Source: an uncultured Planctomycetaceae bacterium (GTDB taxonomy: Bacteria > Planctomycetota > Phycisphaerae > SM23-33). Taken from it: a DNA stretch of 40,918 bases. The notes under the pieces were generated by a model. It searched no databases, was not told the DNA's origin, and worked only from the letters and a program-made list of their open reading frames with translations. Where the stretch lies: NCBI GenBank assembly GCA_964402305.1, contig CAYOBS010000001.1:1-40918 (forward strand), given 5' to 3'. The position numbers and the translations under genes were made by a program. The first letter of the stretch is position 1; every line of letters starts with the position of its first letter. Below are positions 17,117 through 25,229 of this stretch, in pieces.

Positions 17117-18916
17117 GTGAAAGTCGCCGGCTCGGGCACCGTCGCTGGCAAGATCCTCAGCCTCGAACTGCGCACGCGCGACGTCAACACCGCCGGCACC
17201 GTGACCACGATCCGCGACACCATTCTTAACCTCGTGACGCCAGAGGGCATCCGGGCCCTGCCGATGAGCCAGATCAGCAGCTACGCCCTGGCCGATGCGC
17301 GCCTTGCGGGCGAACTGGACAAGGCGTTGGAAATGCTGCTCGGCGAGCACGACACGCAGCGCCGGGCGGTGGATGTGCATTTCACCGGCCAGGCCGAGCG
17401 GGAGGTGCGGATCGGGTATCTCGTCGAGGCGCCGGTCTGGAAGACGACTTATCGACTGGACGTAACGGGCGACAAGCCGGCGCTCCAGGGCTGGGCCACC
17501 GTCGACAACGAGTCGGATTTCGACTGGTCGCGGGTCGAACTGACTCTCGTGTCCGGCCGGCCCGTGTCGTTCGTGCAGGACATTTACCGGCCCCAGTACG
17601 CCGCCCGATCGATAATCAAGCCACAGGCACAGGCCGAGGAAAAGGCCGCCATCTATGAAAAGACCGGAGAGGCCGGCGACGAAGCCACTGACAAGTTGAC
17701 CCCGCCCGGCATGGCGTTGCTGGAGCGGGCTGAGGGGGCACAGTCGCTTGTTGGCCGGCTCTATGGCCGGCGGAGCGTGGAGGATGAGAGGCGGCTGCTC
17801 TTGCCGGAGGACCGCACCAGCGGCGGCGGGCAGGGCATTTTCGCAGAAGCACCCTCCGACACCCACGGTCTTGTGGCGGCGGCAGAGGCGAAGAAGGTGG
17901 GCCAACTCTTCCATTTCCGGGTCAAGACGCCGGTTGACCTGCCGCGAAGGCGGTCCTCAATGCTGCTGATCGTCAGCCAGCCCATGACCGCGATGAAGGT
18001 CAGCGTCTACGACCCGGTGGTGCTTCGCACGCAGCCGATGAACGGCGTGCTTCTGACCAACGAAACCGATCTGGAACTGCCCGGCGGGCCGGTGGCTATC
18101 TTCGAGGCCGGCGGCTTTGCCGGCGAGGCCGTCATGGGAAGGCTCGCCTCCCGCGCGCGAACCGTGCTGAGCTACAGCGTGGACGCCGACACCACCATCC
18201 AGGCCGACGCCAACCAAGACCGGCGGGCGGTGGCGGCGGGGATCCTCAACAGCCGGCTAGCAGTGCGCACCATTGGCGGCCTGACCCGCCAGTACAAGAT
18301 CACCCGCGAAGTCCAGGAACCGCGGACACTGCTTTTGCGCCTGGGGCGGTATCCGCACGAGCGGTTGATATCGCCGGAGAAGTGCGAGGACACCACGCTC
18401 GACGAGTACCGAGTCCTTGTCGATCTCAAGGGCAAGGGCGAGACCAACTTCACAGTCAGGACGGAAGAGGATTCCTTCGACGAAGCTTACCTCGGGGACA
18501 GCACCTCGTATTCACTGACCATATTGGCCGCCGACGCCAACGACGTTGCCCAGGATGTCCGCACGGCGCTGAAGAAGATCGTCGCGATGGCCAAAGAAAT
18601 GAACGAAATGGATAACCAGGCCGCGAAACTCGACGAACAGGCCAAGGCGCTTCCCGAGAGCCAGGCCCGCTTACGGGACAACATAAAGGCACTCGACCCC
18701 GCCAGCCCGCTGGTCAAGCGGTACGTCGAGAAGCTCAGCGCCCAGGAAGACCTGATCGAGAAGCTGGATAAGCAGCTCGCGGACTTAAAGGCCCGCATCG
18801 AGGCCAAACGAAAAGAGCTTCTGGAGTTCCTAAAGGACCTAAAAGTCGGCAAGATGCCCCAGGCCCCGGCCGGTGCAAACCGGTCGGTGTGGGGAAGCGG
18901 AAGGGGCATATTCTAG
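17117..18916 (+). CDS. DUF4139-like protein body with C-terminal coiled coil (ORF-track start GTG 17117; the frame is open from 17015)
   Basis: 599-aa ORF in the same frame as 16742-17014, with no stop between 17015 and 17117. It contains VEAPVWKTTYRLD...GWATVDNESDFDW..V.L.LVSGRPVSF, which is typical of the DUF4139/TIGR02231-like family as I recall it. It has no signal peptide of its own. Confidence 0.7.
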   Translation: MKVAGSGTVAGKILSLELRTRDVNTAGTVTTIRDTILNLVTPEGIRALPMSQISSYALADARLAGELDKALEMLLGEHDTQRRAVDVHFTGQAEREVRIGYLVEAPVWKTTYRLDVTGDKPALQGWATVDNESDFDWSRVELTLVSGRPVSFVQDIYRPQYAARSIIKPQAQAEEKAAIYEKTGEAGDEATDKLTPPGMALLERAEGAQSLVGRLYGRRSVEDERRLLLPEDRTSGGGQGIFAEAPSDTHGLVAAAEAKKVGQLFHFRVKTPVDLPRRRSSMLLIVSQPMTAMKVSVYDPVVLRTQPMNGVLLTNETDLELPGGPVAIFEAGGFAGEAVMGRLASRARTVLSYSVDADTTIQADANQDRRAVAAGILNSRLAVRTIGGLTRQYKITREVQEPRTLLLRLGRYPHERLISPEKCEDTTLDEYRVLVDLKGKGETNFTVRTEEDSFDEAYLGDSTSYSLTILAADANDVAQDVRTALKKIVAMAKEMNEMDNQAAKLDEQAKALPESQARLRDNIKALDPASPLVKRYVEKLSAQEDLIEKLDKQLADLKARIEAKRKELLEFLKDLKVGKMPQAPAGANRSVWGSGRGIF

Positions 18917-18946
18917 GCGGCACTTGCGGCGAGCCTCATAAAAGCT

Positions 18947-18984
18947 ATAGGTCCTGTGGGACTCATTAGACCCATAGGACCTAT
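18947..18984. terminator. Hairpin between convergent genes (candidate bidirectional terminator)
   Basis: ataggtcctgtggg - 10-nt loop - cccataggacctat forms a 14-bp stem with 1 mismatch. Confidence 0.35.
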
Positions 18985-19013
18985 ATGTTTACTCAATTCT
19001 CATTGCACGGTGC

Positions 19014-20573
19014 TTACGCGTGCCTTGCGGCTTCGACCATGTCCATCCTGCCTGCCATGTCGCAAACGGCGGTTGCCGCCACGGCGGCGGCGAGGTTCAT
19101 TTTCATCTTCCAGCCGTGGCGGCTCTGGCCGTAGTAATGCGGCAGGATTCGCGTCTTCTTGAAGCCTGCCTTTTCGTAGAGGGCGATGGCCGGCTTGTTG
19201 TCGTCGTCGACCTCCAGGGCGCAGGCCGAGACGTTCTCTCGCCTCAGCACATCCAGGCACTCCAGCAGCAGCGTCTGTCCGATGCCGTTGCCGCGGAACT
19301 TCGACTCGACGGCGATGCTATAGAGCCGGCCCGTGGTGCCGCTTCGGGTCTTTCTTCGCAGCAGCACGGCCGCGGCAACGATAATGCCATCGTGGCGGAC
19401 GACGTGCGTGGTGGCTCGCGGGCAGTTGAGCAGGTAGCGGAACTGCCGGCGCCCCAGGGCGACGTAGTCGTCGAAGGTTCGGGTCTCAAGCCCGACCAGC
19501 GCGTCGATATCCGACGATGAGGCCTGCTCGAAGGTATCCGCGTGGCTCTCGCTCATGTGCATGTCGGCGGCGGCGAACATCTCCTGGCGGTCGGGCGTCC
19601 ATGCGGCGGGCAGGCTGACGGCGACCGCCTGCTTGCGGATCGGCCGGACTGACCACTTGTTGAGCCGAAAGGCCGGGTGATAGCTCGTCTTGGTGTAGGC
19701 CAGCGAGGGGATTTCCCAGTCGTCGCCGGCGTTCGTCCAGCGGCTGTGGGACCAGAACTGTCGGCAGAACTCGGCGTAGATGAACTGGGCGCTGCCGGCG
19801 TACTGGCGGTCGGTCTTCTCGATGAGGATGTTGCACATGTCCGGCCCGATCATCTCACCGAACGTGAAGCCGACGATGGTCCGGTCGTCGTAGAGGACCA
19901 TTCCGCGCAGGCCGATGAGCCCGGCGAAGCTGATGGCGTCGGCGGTGGCGGATTCCTCGGCCAGGCGCTTCATCCGCGTTATCGGCGAAAGTCCGCAGAT
20001 GGAGTCGTCGTGCTGGTAGTGCCAGCGTCGCAGGACCTCCAGGCACGGCTTGACGTGCTGTGGGCCGAACTCCTCAGTTCGCGGCTGGTACCGCCTTATG
20101 AAGCGGTTGCGGGCCTGGCGCTTGGAGGCCAGGTCGCTGCCGTCCAGCTCGATCATGCGGCGGGTCTCGTAGATGTAGTCGCCGCTCATCGGCCTGGCTG
20201 AGAAGTCCGACGGGAACCGCGCGAGCTGCTCGTCGCTGACGTACTCGAAGCACGTGGCGTCCGCGGGCAGACCGATGCGGCGGTTATAGTCGGTGCAGAT
20301 CTCGATGCTCTCCCTGACGGCCTTCTCGTAGTTGCCCAGGCCCACCGGCGGCTGAAGCAGCGTCATGCCCGTCGGCCCGTTGGCGAACAGGCACAAGCAG
20401 TCGGAGATAATGCGCCAGCCGAGGCGGGCGGCGTCTCGCCAGATGAAGCTGCTGGCGAAGCCGTAGTCAGAGAGCCGAGCCTTACAGGTGCGGTAGAATT
20501 GATCGAAGAGGGGTTTGTGGGATAGTTCCGGCCGTGTTAACCCATAACACGCAGGGGAATCTTCATCGTCCAT
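19014..20573 (-). CDS. DUF2156 (MprF C-terminal / aminoacyl-transferase-like) domain fused to a C-terminal RimI-like GNAT acetyltransferase
   Basis: The N-terminal ~330 aa (FDQFY...LSDYGFASSFIWRD...FEYVSDEQL...DYIY...ASKRQARNRF) resemble DUF2156. The C-terminal ~150 aa (LYSIAVESKFRGNGIGQTLLLECL...LEVDDDNKPAIALYEKAGF) form a GNAT acetyl-CoA-binding core. Confidence 0.8.
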   Translation of the reverse strand: MDDEDSPACYGLTRPELSHKPLFDQFYRTCKARLSDYGFASSFIWRDAARLGWRIISDCLCLFANGPTGMTLLQPPVGLGNYEKAVRESIEICTDYNRRIGLPADATCFEYVSDEQLARFPSDFSARPMSGDYIYETRRMIELDGSDLASKRQARNRFIRRYQPRTEEFGPQHVKPCLEVLRRWHYQHDDSICGLSPITRMKRLAEESATADAISFAGLIGLRGMVLYDDRTIVGFTFGEMIGPDMCNILIEKTDRQYAGSAQFIYAEFCRQFWSHSRWTNAGDDWEIPSLAYTKTSYHPAFRLNKWSVRPIRKQAVAVSLPAAWTPDRQEMFAAADMHMSESHADTFEQASSSDIDALVGLETRTFDDYVALGRRQFRYLLNCPRATTHVVRHDGIIVAAAVLLRRKTRSGTTGRLYSIAVESKFRGNGIGQTLLLECLDVLRRENVSACALEVDDDNKPAIALYEKAGFKKTRILPHYYGQSRHGWKMKMNLAAAVAATAVCDMAGRMDMVEAARHA

Positions 20574-20687
20574 GTGTACGTCGTATCCTCATTAGAGCCG
20601 CCGCTGCGCCGTCCGTGGTCAGGGCTTTGCCATTTTGGTTGCCCGTTGGTAACTCGGCATTCGAACGCAACTCGTCACTTCTCGCGC

Positions 20688-20696
20688 ATTTTATCA
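20688..20696 (-). promoter_or_regulatory. Extended -10 element (TGATAAAAT) upstream of the DUF2156-GNAT gene
   Basis: The reverse complement of attttatca is tgataaaat, ~115 nt upstream of the start at 20573. There is no good -35. Confidence 0.3.
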
Positions 20697-20917
20697 TTCC
20701 GGCGGAAATGCAAACGGATATTCGCCTCAAATTGCAAATTTTTTTTTTACCCCCTCGGCGGCCAAAAGCCCGATCTATTGGGCCTGCCTGCCTGCCAACC
20801 CCCCGGCGGCAGGGGGTGGGTAATGTTCCCCACCGGTCCTCGCGGGGCTGTTTCAGGCTTCGGAACCGCCCTTGCAAAGCACGCCGATGCCCTCCTTGAA
20901 TCTTAAAGAAGTACCAA

Positions 20918-21215
20918 ACCTGCCTGCCGGCAGGCAGGTCACAAGCACCAAGGTCCAAACATTGGCAGAGGACGCACTGGGTTTGGAAATTTTCTGTTTT
21001 GCTGTTTGGTCCTTGTTTGGTAATGCCTCAGTTACGGGAGGAGAGAGAACCGTGAATATAGGGCGGACCCGCTTGTAGCGGCCCCGTGAGGGGCTTCTTG
21101 AAGAACCTGCCTGTCGGCAGGCAGGTCGCCTTACGGCGACACTACGAACCCCCCGTAACTGAGGCATTACCTTGTTTGAGACCTGCCTGCCGGCAGGCAG
21201 GTTTGGTGCTTGTCA
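20918..21215. repeat. ~300-bp composite palindromic element built on three copies of a 22-bp perfect palindrome ACCTGCCTGCCGGCAGGCAGGT
   Basis: Palindrome copies lie at 20918-20939, 21105-21126 (1 mismatch) and 21181-21202. Flanking inverted repeats are cacaagcaccaa (20941-) / ttggtgcttgtca (21203-21215), and ttggtaatgcctcagttacggg (21018-) / ccccgtaactgaggcattacc (21147-). Confidence 0.85.
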
Positions 21216-21240
21216 TTTGGAATTTGGCGCGCTGTACTGG

Positions 21241-21268
21241 TTGAACCACCGGGGCGGGACGCTATCAT
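21241..21268 (+). promoter_or_regulatory. Sigma70-like promoter TTGAAC-16-TATCAT upstream of the fucose-isomerase-family gene
   Basis: ttgaac (21241-21246) and tatcat (21263-21268), ~65 nt before the ATG at 21333. An AGGAG RBS lies at 21321-21325. Confidence 0.35.
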
Positions 21269-21332
21269 AATCATGCTGGCGGCGGGCGGATCGGCGCCGC
21301 GCCCCAAAGTTGACCAGTGCAGGAGTCTCCAC

Positions 21333-23018
21333 ATGCCAAAGGCCAGGATGCTTGATATTAACGCGGCGGCCCGGCCGCGACGGACGGTGACCTTCGGAGT
21401 CTGCGCCACGTGCGATCCGCGGATCGACGCTGCCAGTCGGCAGCGGGCGGCCAACATTTGCGGCCTGGTGGCCGAGCACGTCGCCGGAGGGGTGCGAATG
21501 CCGGATGGCACGCCCGTCGAGGTTGTCTGGTCGCCGGTGCTCATCGACGGCGAGAAGCAGGCGGACATCGTGGCCAGTCAGTTCCGCGCCGCCGGCGTCG
21601 ACGCCATAATCTGCGCGCCGGACACCTGGGCTTTTCCGCAACTGACGCTCATCAGCCTGCTGAGCCAGCTTCCGCCGGACATCCCGGTGAACATCACCTG
21701 CGGCAACAGCGGGCCCAAGCCCGGCGTCGTCTACGCCCACGCCGTCAACGGCGCCCTGGCACAGATGGGCAGGCTCGTGGCCCTGAACGTCGGCTCCTGG
21801 CCGGATGAGGGGCTAAAGCCGGAAATGTCGCCCGCCACGGCCGAGGCGCTGGTCGACTGGTGCTACGCCGCCCTGGCCCGCGTGGGGCTACGGGGGCGCC
21901 GCGTCGTAATCTTCGGCCACGATTCGATGGGCATGGAGACCGCCCTTGCCCACGTCATCGCCACCCGCCGGACCTTCGGCCTGGAGATCACCCGCCTGGA
22001 CATGAAGCTTCTGGCCGACATGGTCGCCAAGGGCGCCTACGACAAGGCCGAACTGGCCGAGATGCGCTCGTGGGTGGACAAGATGGTCGGCAAGCGGCTG
22101 GAGCTTCGCGGCCAGGCCGACAGCGAGAAGTTCAACCTGTCGCTGGCGATGTACCTGGTCGTTCGCGACATCATGGCCGACCTCGGCGCCGTCGGCGGGG
22201 GCTTCATGAGCCAGCTCGAGTGGGGCTCCGACCGCCGCGGCACGCCGCTGCCGGTGGCCGACGCGATGGAGAGCCTCTTCAACTCGACCTTCGACCACCG
22301 CGGACCCAAGCCGGCCTTGCCGTACGCCACCGAGGCCGACGTGCAGGGCCTGCTGACGATGCTGGTGATGACCTGGCTGTCCGGCGGCAACCCGCCGCTG
22401 TTTATGGACTTCCGGAAAGTATGGGAGCCCTGGGAGATTCAAGCCCTTGCCAGGAAGCTCAAGGTCAAGTTCAGCGGCAAGGAGCTTTGGGCCTCTCGCG
22501 GCTTCGTCGACGGCGACAACAGCGGCTCGGCCAGCTTCGACTGGGCCGCCAAACCAGGCGCCGGGGCGGCTGCCTGCATGAGGGGTGTCGCCATGCCCCT
22601 GGCCGATGAGTTCTACTTCCCCGGCGGCGGCAACAGCGTGACGTTTACCACACCGGGCGGCATCGAGGGCCTGGCTGCCCGCATGGCCTACTACGCACCC
22701 GGCGACCGCTTCAGCCTCGTCTGGGACCAGGCCGTCACCACATCCCTGCCGGCGAAGCTGGCCAAGGCGGTGGTCCACACATCCACCTGGAGTTGGCCTC
22801 ACACCTTCGTGGCGCCAAAGTACGCCGACATGGCCGAGTACAAGCAGTACGCCCCGGCCAACCATTTCCACATGACCTGGGACCTCCGGCCTGCCAGGCT
22901 TCAGCATTGGATGGACCTGACCGGCGTGCTGTCCGTCGCTCCGTGGTCTCGGCGGCCCGCCTTCATTCCCGGTACCGACCGCCCGACGCCGCTTGTGAAC
23001 CTGCTGCGCGGAAAGTAG
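21333..23018 (+). CDS. L-fucose isomerase family protein
   Basis: Several segments align by eye with E. coli FucI: ATEADVQGLLTML..FMDFRKVWEPWEI (FucI ATENDSLNGVAML..FADVRTYWSPEAI), YFPGGGNS (YFRGGGYS), WSWPHTFVAP (STWPTTWFAP) and ANHFHM (ANHGVL). Confidence 0.85.
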   Translation: MPKARMLDINAAARPRRTVTFGVCATCDPRIDAASRQRAANICGLVAEHVAGGVRMPDGTPVEVVWSPVLIDGEKQADIVASQFRAAGVDAIICAPDTWAFPQLTLISLLSQLPPDIPVNITCGNSGPKPGVVYAHAVNGALAQMGRLVALNVGSWPDEGLKPEMSPATAEALVDWCYAALARVGLRGRRVVIFGHDSMGMETALAHVIATRRTFGLEITRLDMKLLADMVAKGAYDKAELAEMRSWVDKMVGKRLELRGQADSEKFNLSLAMYLVVRDIMADLGAVGGGFMSQLEWGSDRRGTPLPVADAMESLFNSTFDHRGPKPALPYATEADVQGLLTMLVMTWLSGGNPPLFMDFRKVWEPWEIQALARKLKVKFSGKELWASRGFVDGDNSGSASFDWAAKPGAGAAACMRGVAMPLADEFYFPGGGNSVTFTTPGGIEGLAARMAYYAPGDRFSLVWDQAVTTSLPAKLAKAVVHTSTWSWPHTFVAPKYADMAEYKQYAPANHFHMTWDLRPARLQHWMDLTGVLSVAPWSRRPAFIPGTDRPTPLVNLLRGK

Positions 23019-23056
23019 GAAGTAGGAAGTAGGAAGTAGGAAGTCAGAAGTGAAGG
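23012..23056 (+). repeat. Heptamer array (AGGAAGT)n that contains the stop codon of the preceding gene
   Basis: aaagt aggaagt aggaagt aggaagt aggaagt cagaagt gaagggg. The TAG stop at 23016-23018 is part of the first unit. Confidence 0.95.
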
Positions 23057-23164
23057 GGACTGGCTCCGGAGCGGCAGGCTTTTTTGCCGCGGAGGTGCCT
23101 GTCCCCGCTGTTGGCAAAGTGCGTGACAACCGGCAGGCAGGCAGGCCTTAGGGTGGCGGCGGAT

Positions 23165-23374
23165 GGCTTTCAGCCCCGTTCACGGGGCTTTGCCCGCCGA
23201 AGGCGGGTATAGACCAGGCCTTTGAGGCCTGGGGAGTGTGCTGTTTTTTTGTTCAGCACGCTTCAGCGCGCTTGAAGCGGGCTTTAGCCTAAAGGCTTTC
23301 ACATACGGGTAAGCGCGATGAAGCGCGCTGATAGAACAACCGAGAAAAGAGAATCGCATTCTCGCCAATCCAGG
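23165..23374. repeat. Family-A nested palindromic element, copy 3 (right arm truncated/decayed)
   Basis: The left arm and centre are conserved through ...cgccaatccagg. The right-arm modules (ccaggcct..., gaagccccgtgaacggggctgaa) are absent. The central pair has 2 mismatches (aagcgcgatgaagcgcgctg). Confidence 0.8.
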
Positions 23375-23424
23375 TTGCCGCAGTCGAAAATGTGCCCGCG
23401 GCTCACCCGATTAAGGAAAAAGCC

Positions 23425-23469
23425 GAGGACGAGGACGAGAACGAGAACGAGGACGAGGACGAGGACGAA
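23425..23469. repeat. Hexamer array (GAGGAC/GAGAAC)n
   Basis: gaggacgaggacgagaacgagaacgaggacgaggacgaggacgaa. Its flanks are homologous to 16372-16410. Confidence 0.9.
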
Positions 23470-23572
23470 GGCTGTCGCCGTGCCTGCGCCCCGACTCCCC
23501 GCTACAGTCTTTTCAGAACAGAGGCGCAGTCCCGAAGGGATGCCTTCGGCAAGGCAAGAGAAGAAGAAAGCA

Positions 23573-24685
23573 ATGACACGCACTCGAAGCTTCTTGTCAT
23601 TGGCGGTGTGTTTGTGGGGATTGGCACTGGCGATAGCGGCGTTCGCCCATGCCGCGCCTGTCAAAAAAACCGCCACGCAGCCCGCCACGCAGCCCGCCAC
23701 GCAGCCCGCCACACAGCCCGCCACACGGCCTGCCGCCACGGAGCCGACGACCCAGCCGGTCAAGGCGAAGCTCGGGCCCGTGCTTACCCAGCGGTGGCGG
23801 TGGTACAAGACGGTATGGGCGGGGCGGGACATCGCCAGCCAGTCCAACGCCGACGCGGCGCTCGTCGATGCCATTCTCAAGGCTGACCCGGCCGAGGTGG
23901 CGACGCTCCGCGACGAGATGGCCGCCGAGTACGAACGCATGGCGGCCGGGAAGAAGCCGGACGACTTCCAGCTTGGCCGGCTTGCGGCCCGGCTGGTTGT
24001 GGCCTGGACGCGCAGCCCGACCGGCAAGGAGGTTTCCTCGCCCCAGATGGCTATCAACCGCGCCCTGGGCTGTCGGGAAATCTGCCGGTGGGGCACGATC
24101 GCCCTGAAGCATCTTGGCGGCAACATCTCGCGGGACACGCTGGACAGGTACCGCGGTTTCGTGCCCGGCACGGCCGCAAGCGTCATGTCGCTGATGATCA
24201 GGTCCCTGCCGACGATCGACAAGCCCGGCGACATCCGCGATGAGCTTCTGCCGCTCCGCGAGCCGCTGCGGGCCCTGGCCGCCGCCGCCGACACCCGCCA
24301 GGCCGCGACGGAAAAGATCATCGACCAGTTCTATGAGTCACTCGGCCCGCTGGATGTCTACCAGGCCGACAAGGACGCCATCCGAAAAGTCATCGAGGCT
24401 TTCCCAGCCGCCTACAACGCCCGCGACACCAAGGCCTTCGCCGCACTCTGGCCGGCAGGGCACAAGGCCGTTGCCGCCCTGGCGACACTCTCCCTCGAAG
24501 CGACGATCGAACCGGGCTTCTGGACCATCACACGCTGGCAGTGCGCCTACATCGTCGTCCAGAAAGACCAGGCCGAGGCCTACGTCGTATCGCAGTACCG
24601 TTCCAAGGACGGCAAGGACCAGCCCGTCAAGCTCCAGGGCTTCCCGGCGCGCAAGGACGCCAAAGAGGGGTGGAAGCTCGACTGA
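23573..24685 (+). CDS. Secreted protein with a TQPA tandem repeat and a C-terminal NTF2/SnoaL-like domain
   Basis: Start chosen at MTRTRSFLSLAVCLWGLALAIAAFAHA (signal peptide). A 12-bp repeat occurs x5 (ATQPATQPATQPATQPATRPA). The C-terminus IRKVIEAFPAAYNARDTKAFAALW...W is NTF2-like. Confidence 0.7.
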   Translation: MTRTRSFLSLAVCLWGLALAIAAFAHAAPVKKTATQPATQPATQPATQPATRPAATEPTTQPVKAKLGPVLTQRWRWYKTVWAGRDIASQSNADAALVDAILKADPAEVATLRDEMAAEYERMAAGKKPDDFQLGRLAARLVVAWTRSPTGKEVSSPQMAINRALGCREICRWGTIALKHLGGNISRDTLDRYRGFVPGTAASVMSLMIRSLPTIDKPGDIRDELLPLREPLRALAAAADTRQAATEKIIDQFYESLGPLDVYQADKDAIRKVIEAFPAAYNARDTKAFAALWPAGHKAVAALATLSLEATIEPGFWTITRWQCAYIVVQKDQAEAYVVSQYRSKDGKDQPVKLQGFPARKDAKEGWKLD

Positions 24686-24718
24686 TTGCGGATTGCGGAT
24701 TGCGGATTGCGGATTGTC
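24684..24718 (+). repeat. Heptamer array (GATTGCG)n overlapping the stop codon of the preceding gene
   Basis: c TGA ttgcg gattgcg gattgcg gattgcg gattgtc. The TGA stop lies at 24683-24685. Confidence 0.95.
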
Positions 24719-24876
24719 CCGAGCGAAGTCGAGGGGCGGATTTCTTAATCGCAGAGGCCGCGGAGAGCGCAGAGGAAAGGCGAAGATAAAAAGAAGAAGC
24801 GAGAGGGGGATTGCATGGATTAAGAGATTACAGGGACTAAGAAACTCATATATGCTTTTATCCATGTAATCCTCTA

Positions 24877-24898
24877 ATCTGCCTGCCGGCAGGCAGGT
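24877..24898. repeat. Isolated copy of the 22-bp palindrome (21/22), flanked by direct repeats tccatgtaatcc
   Basis: atctgcctgccggcaggcaggt. The direct repeats tccatgtaatcc lie at 24861-24872 and 24898-24909. Confidence 0.85.
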
Positions 24899-25041
24899 CC
24901 ATGTAATCCCCCTCCAGCTTTTGTTTCTTCTTCCTCTGTACTGTTAACGTTCTATTGCTTGTATTTTCTGCAAACTTTTCGGGGGCTGCCGCCCGAAGTA
25001 ATTCAGCGCTATGGTCTTGCGCCGAAGGTCCCGATAACGAA

Positions 25042-25069
25042 AATCCGCAATCCGCAATCCGCAATCCGC
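25042..25069 (-). repeat. Heptamer array, inverted orientation (AATCCGC)x4
   Basis: aatccgc x4. This is the reverse complement of the array at 24684-24718. Confidence 0.95.
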
Positions 25070-25229
25070 AATTGGGTTGCGGGCGAAGCCCGCGCCAAGT
25101 TCTCTGCGATGAAACAAAGGTCCCGTTGCTTTTGCCCGCCCAAACCTGCTAGTCTGGCGGCAGAAGCGGCCAATGTTAATGGTGGCTGCTATTTACTAAC
25201 TACTATCTACTACTTACTGCTTTCTTCCA

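Noticed and set aside
16643-17914. 423-aa minus-strand ORF
   Set aside because: It is antisense to the DUF4140/DUF4139-like gene. It has low-complexity composition and no recognisable domain.
21888-23129. 413-aa minus-strand ORF, and similar long antisense ORFs at 23299-24321, 25203-26243, 27935-28738, 28871-29929, 33486-34574, 35002-36105, 36216-37352 and 37559-39928
   Set aside because: Each lies opposite a gene with clear family motifs or a signal peptide. All show the Arg/Ala/Gly/Pro bias of non-coding frames in G+C-rich DNA.
23318-23572. N-terminal extension of the 455-aa ORF (contains RTRTRTRTRTRT)
   Set aside because: It translates the truncated Family-A copy and the GAGGAC hexamer array. 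A proper signal peptide begins at the ATG at 23573.
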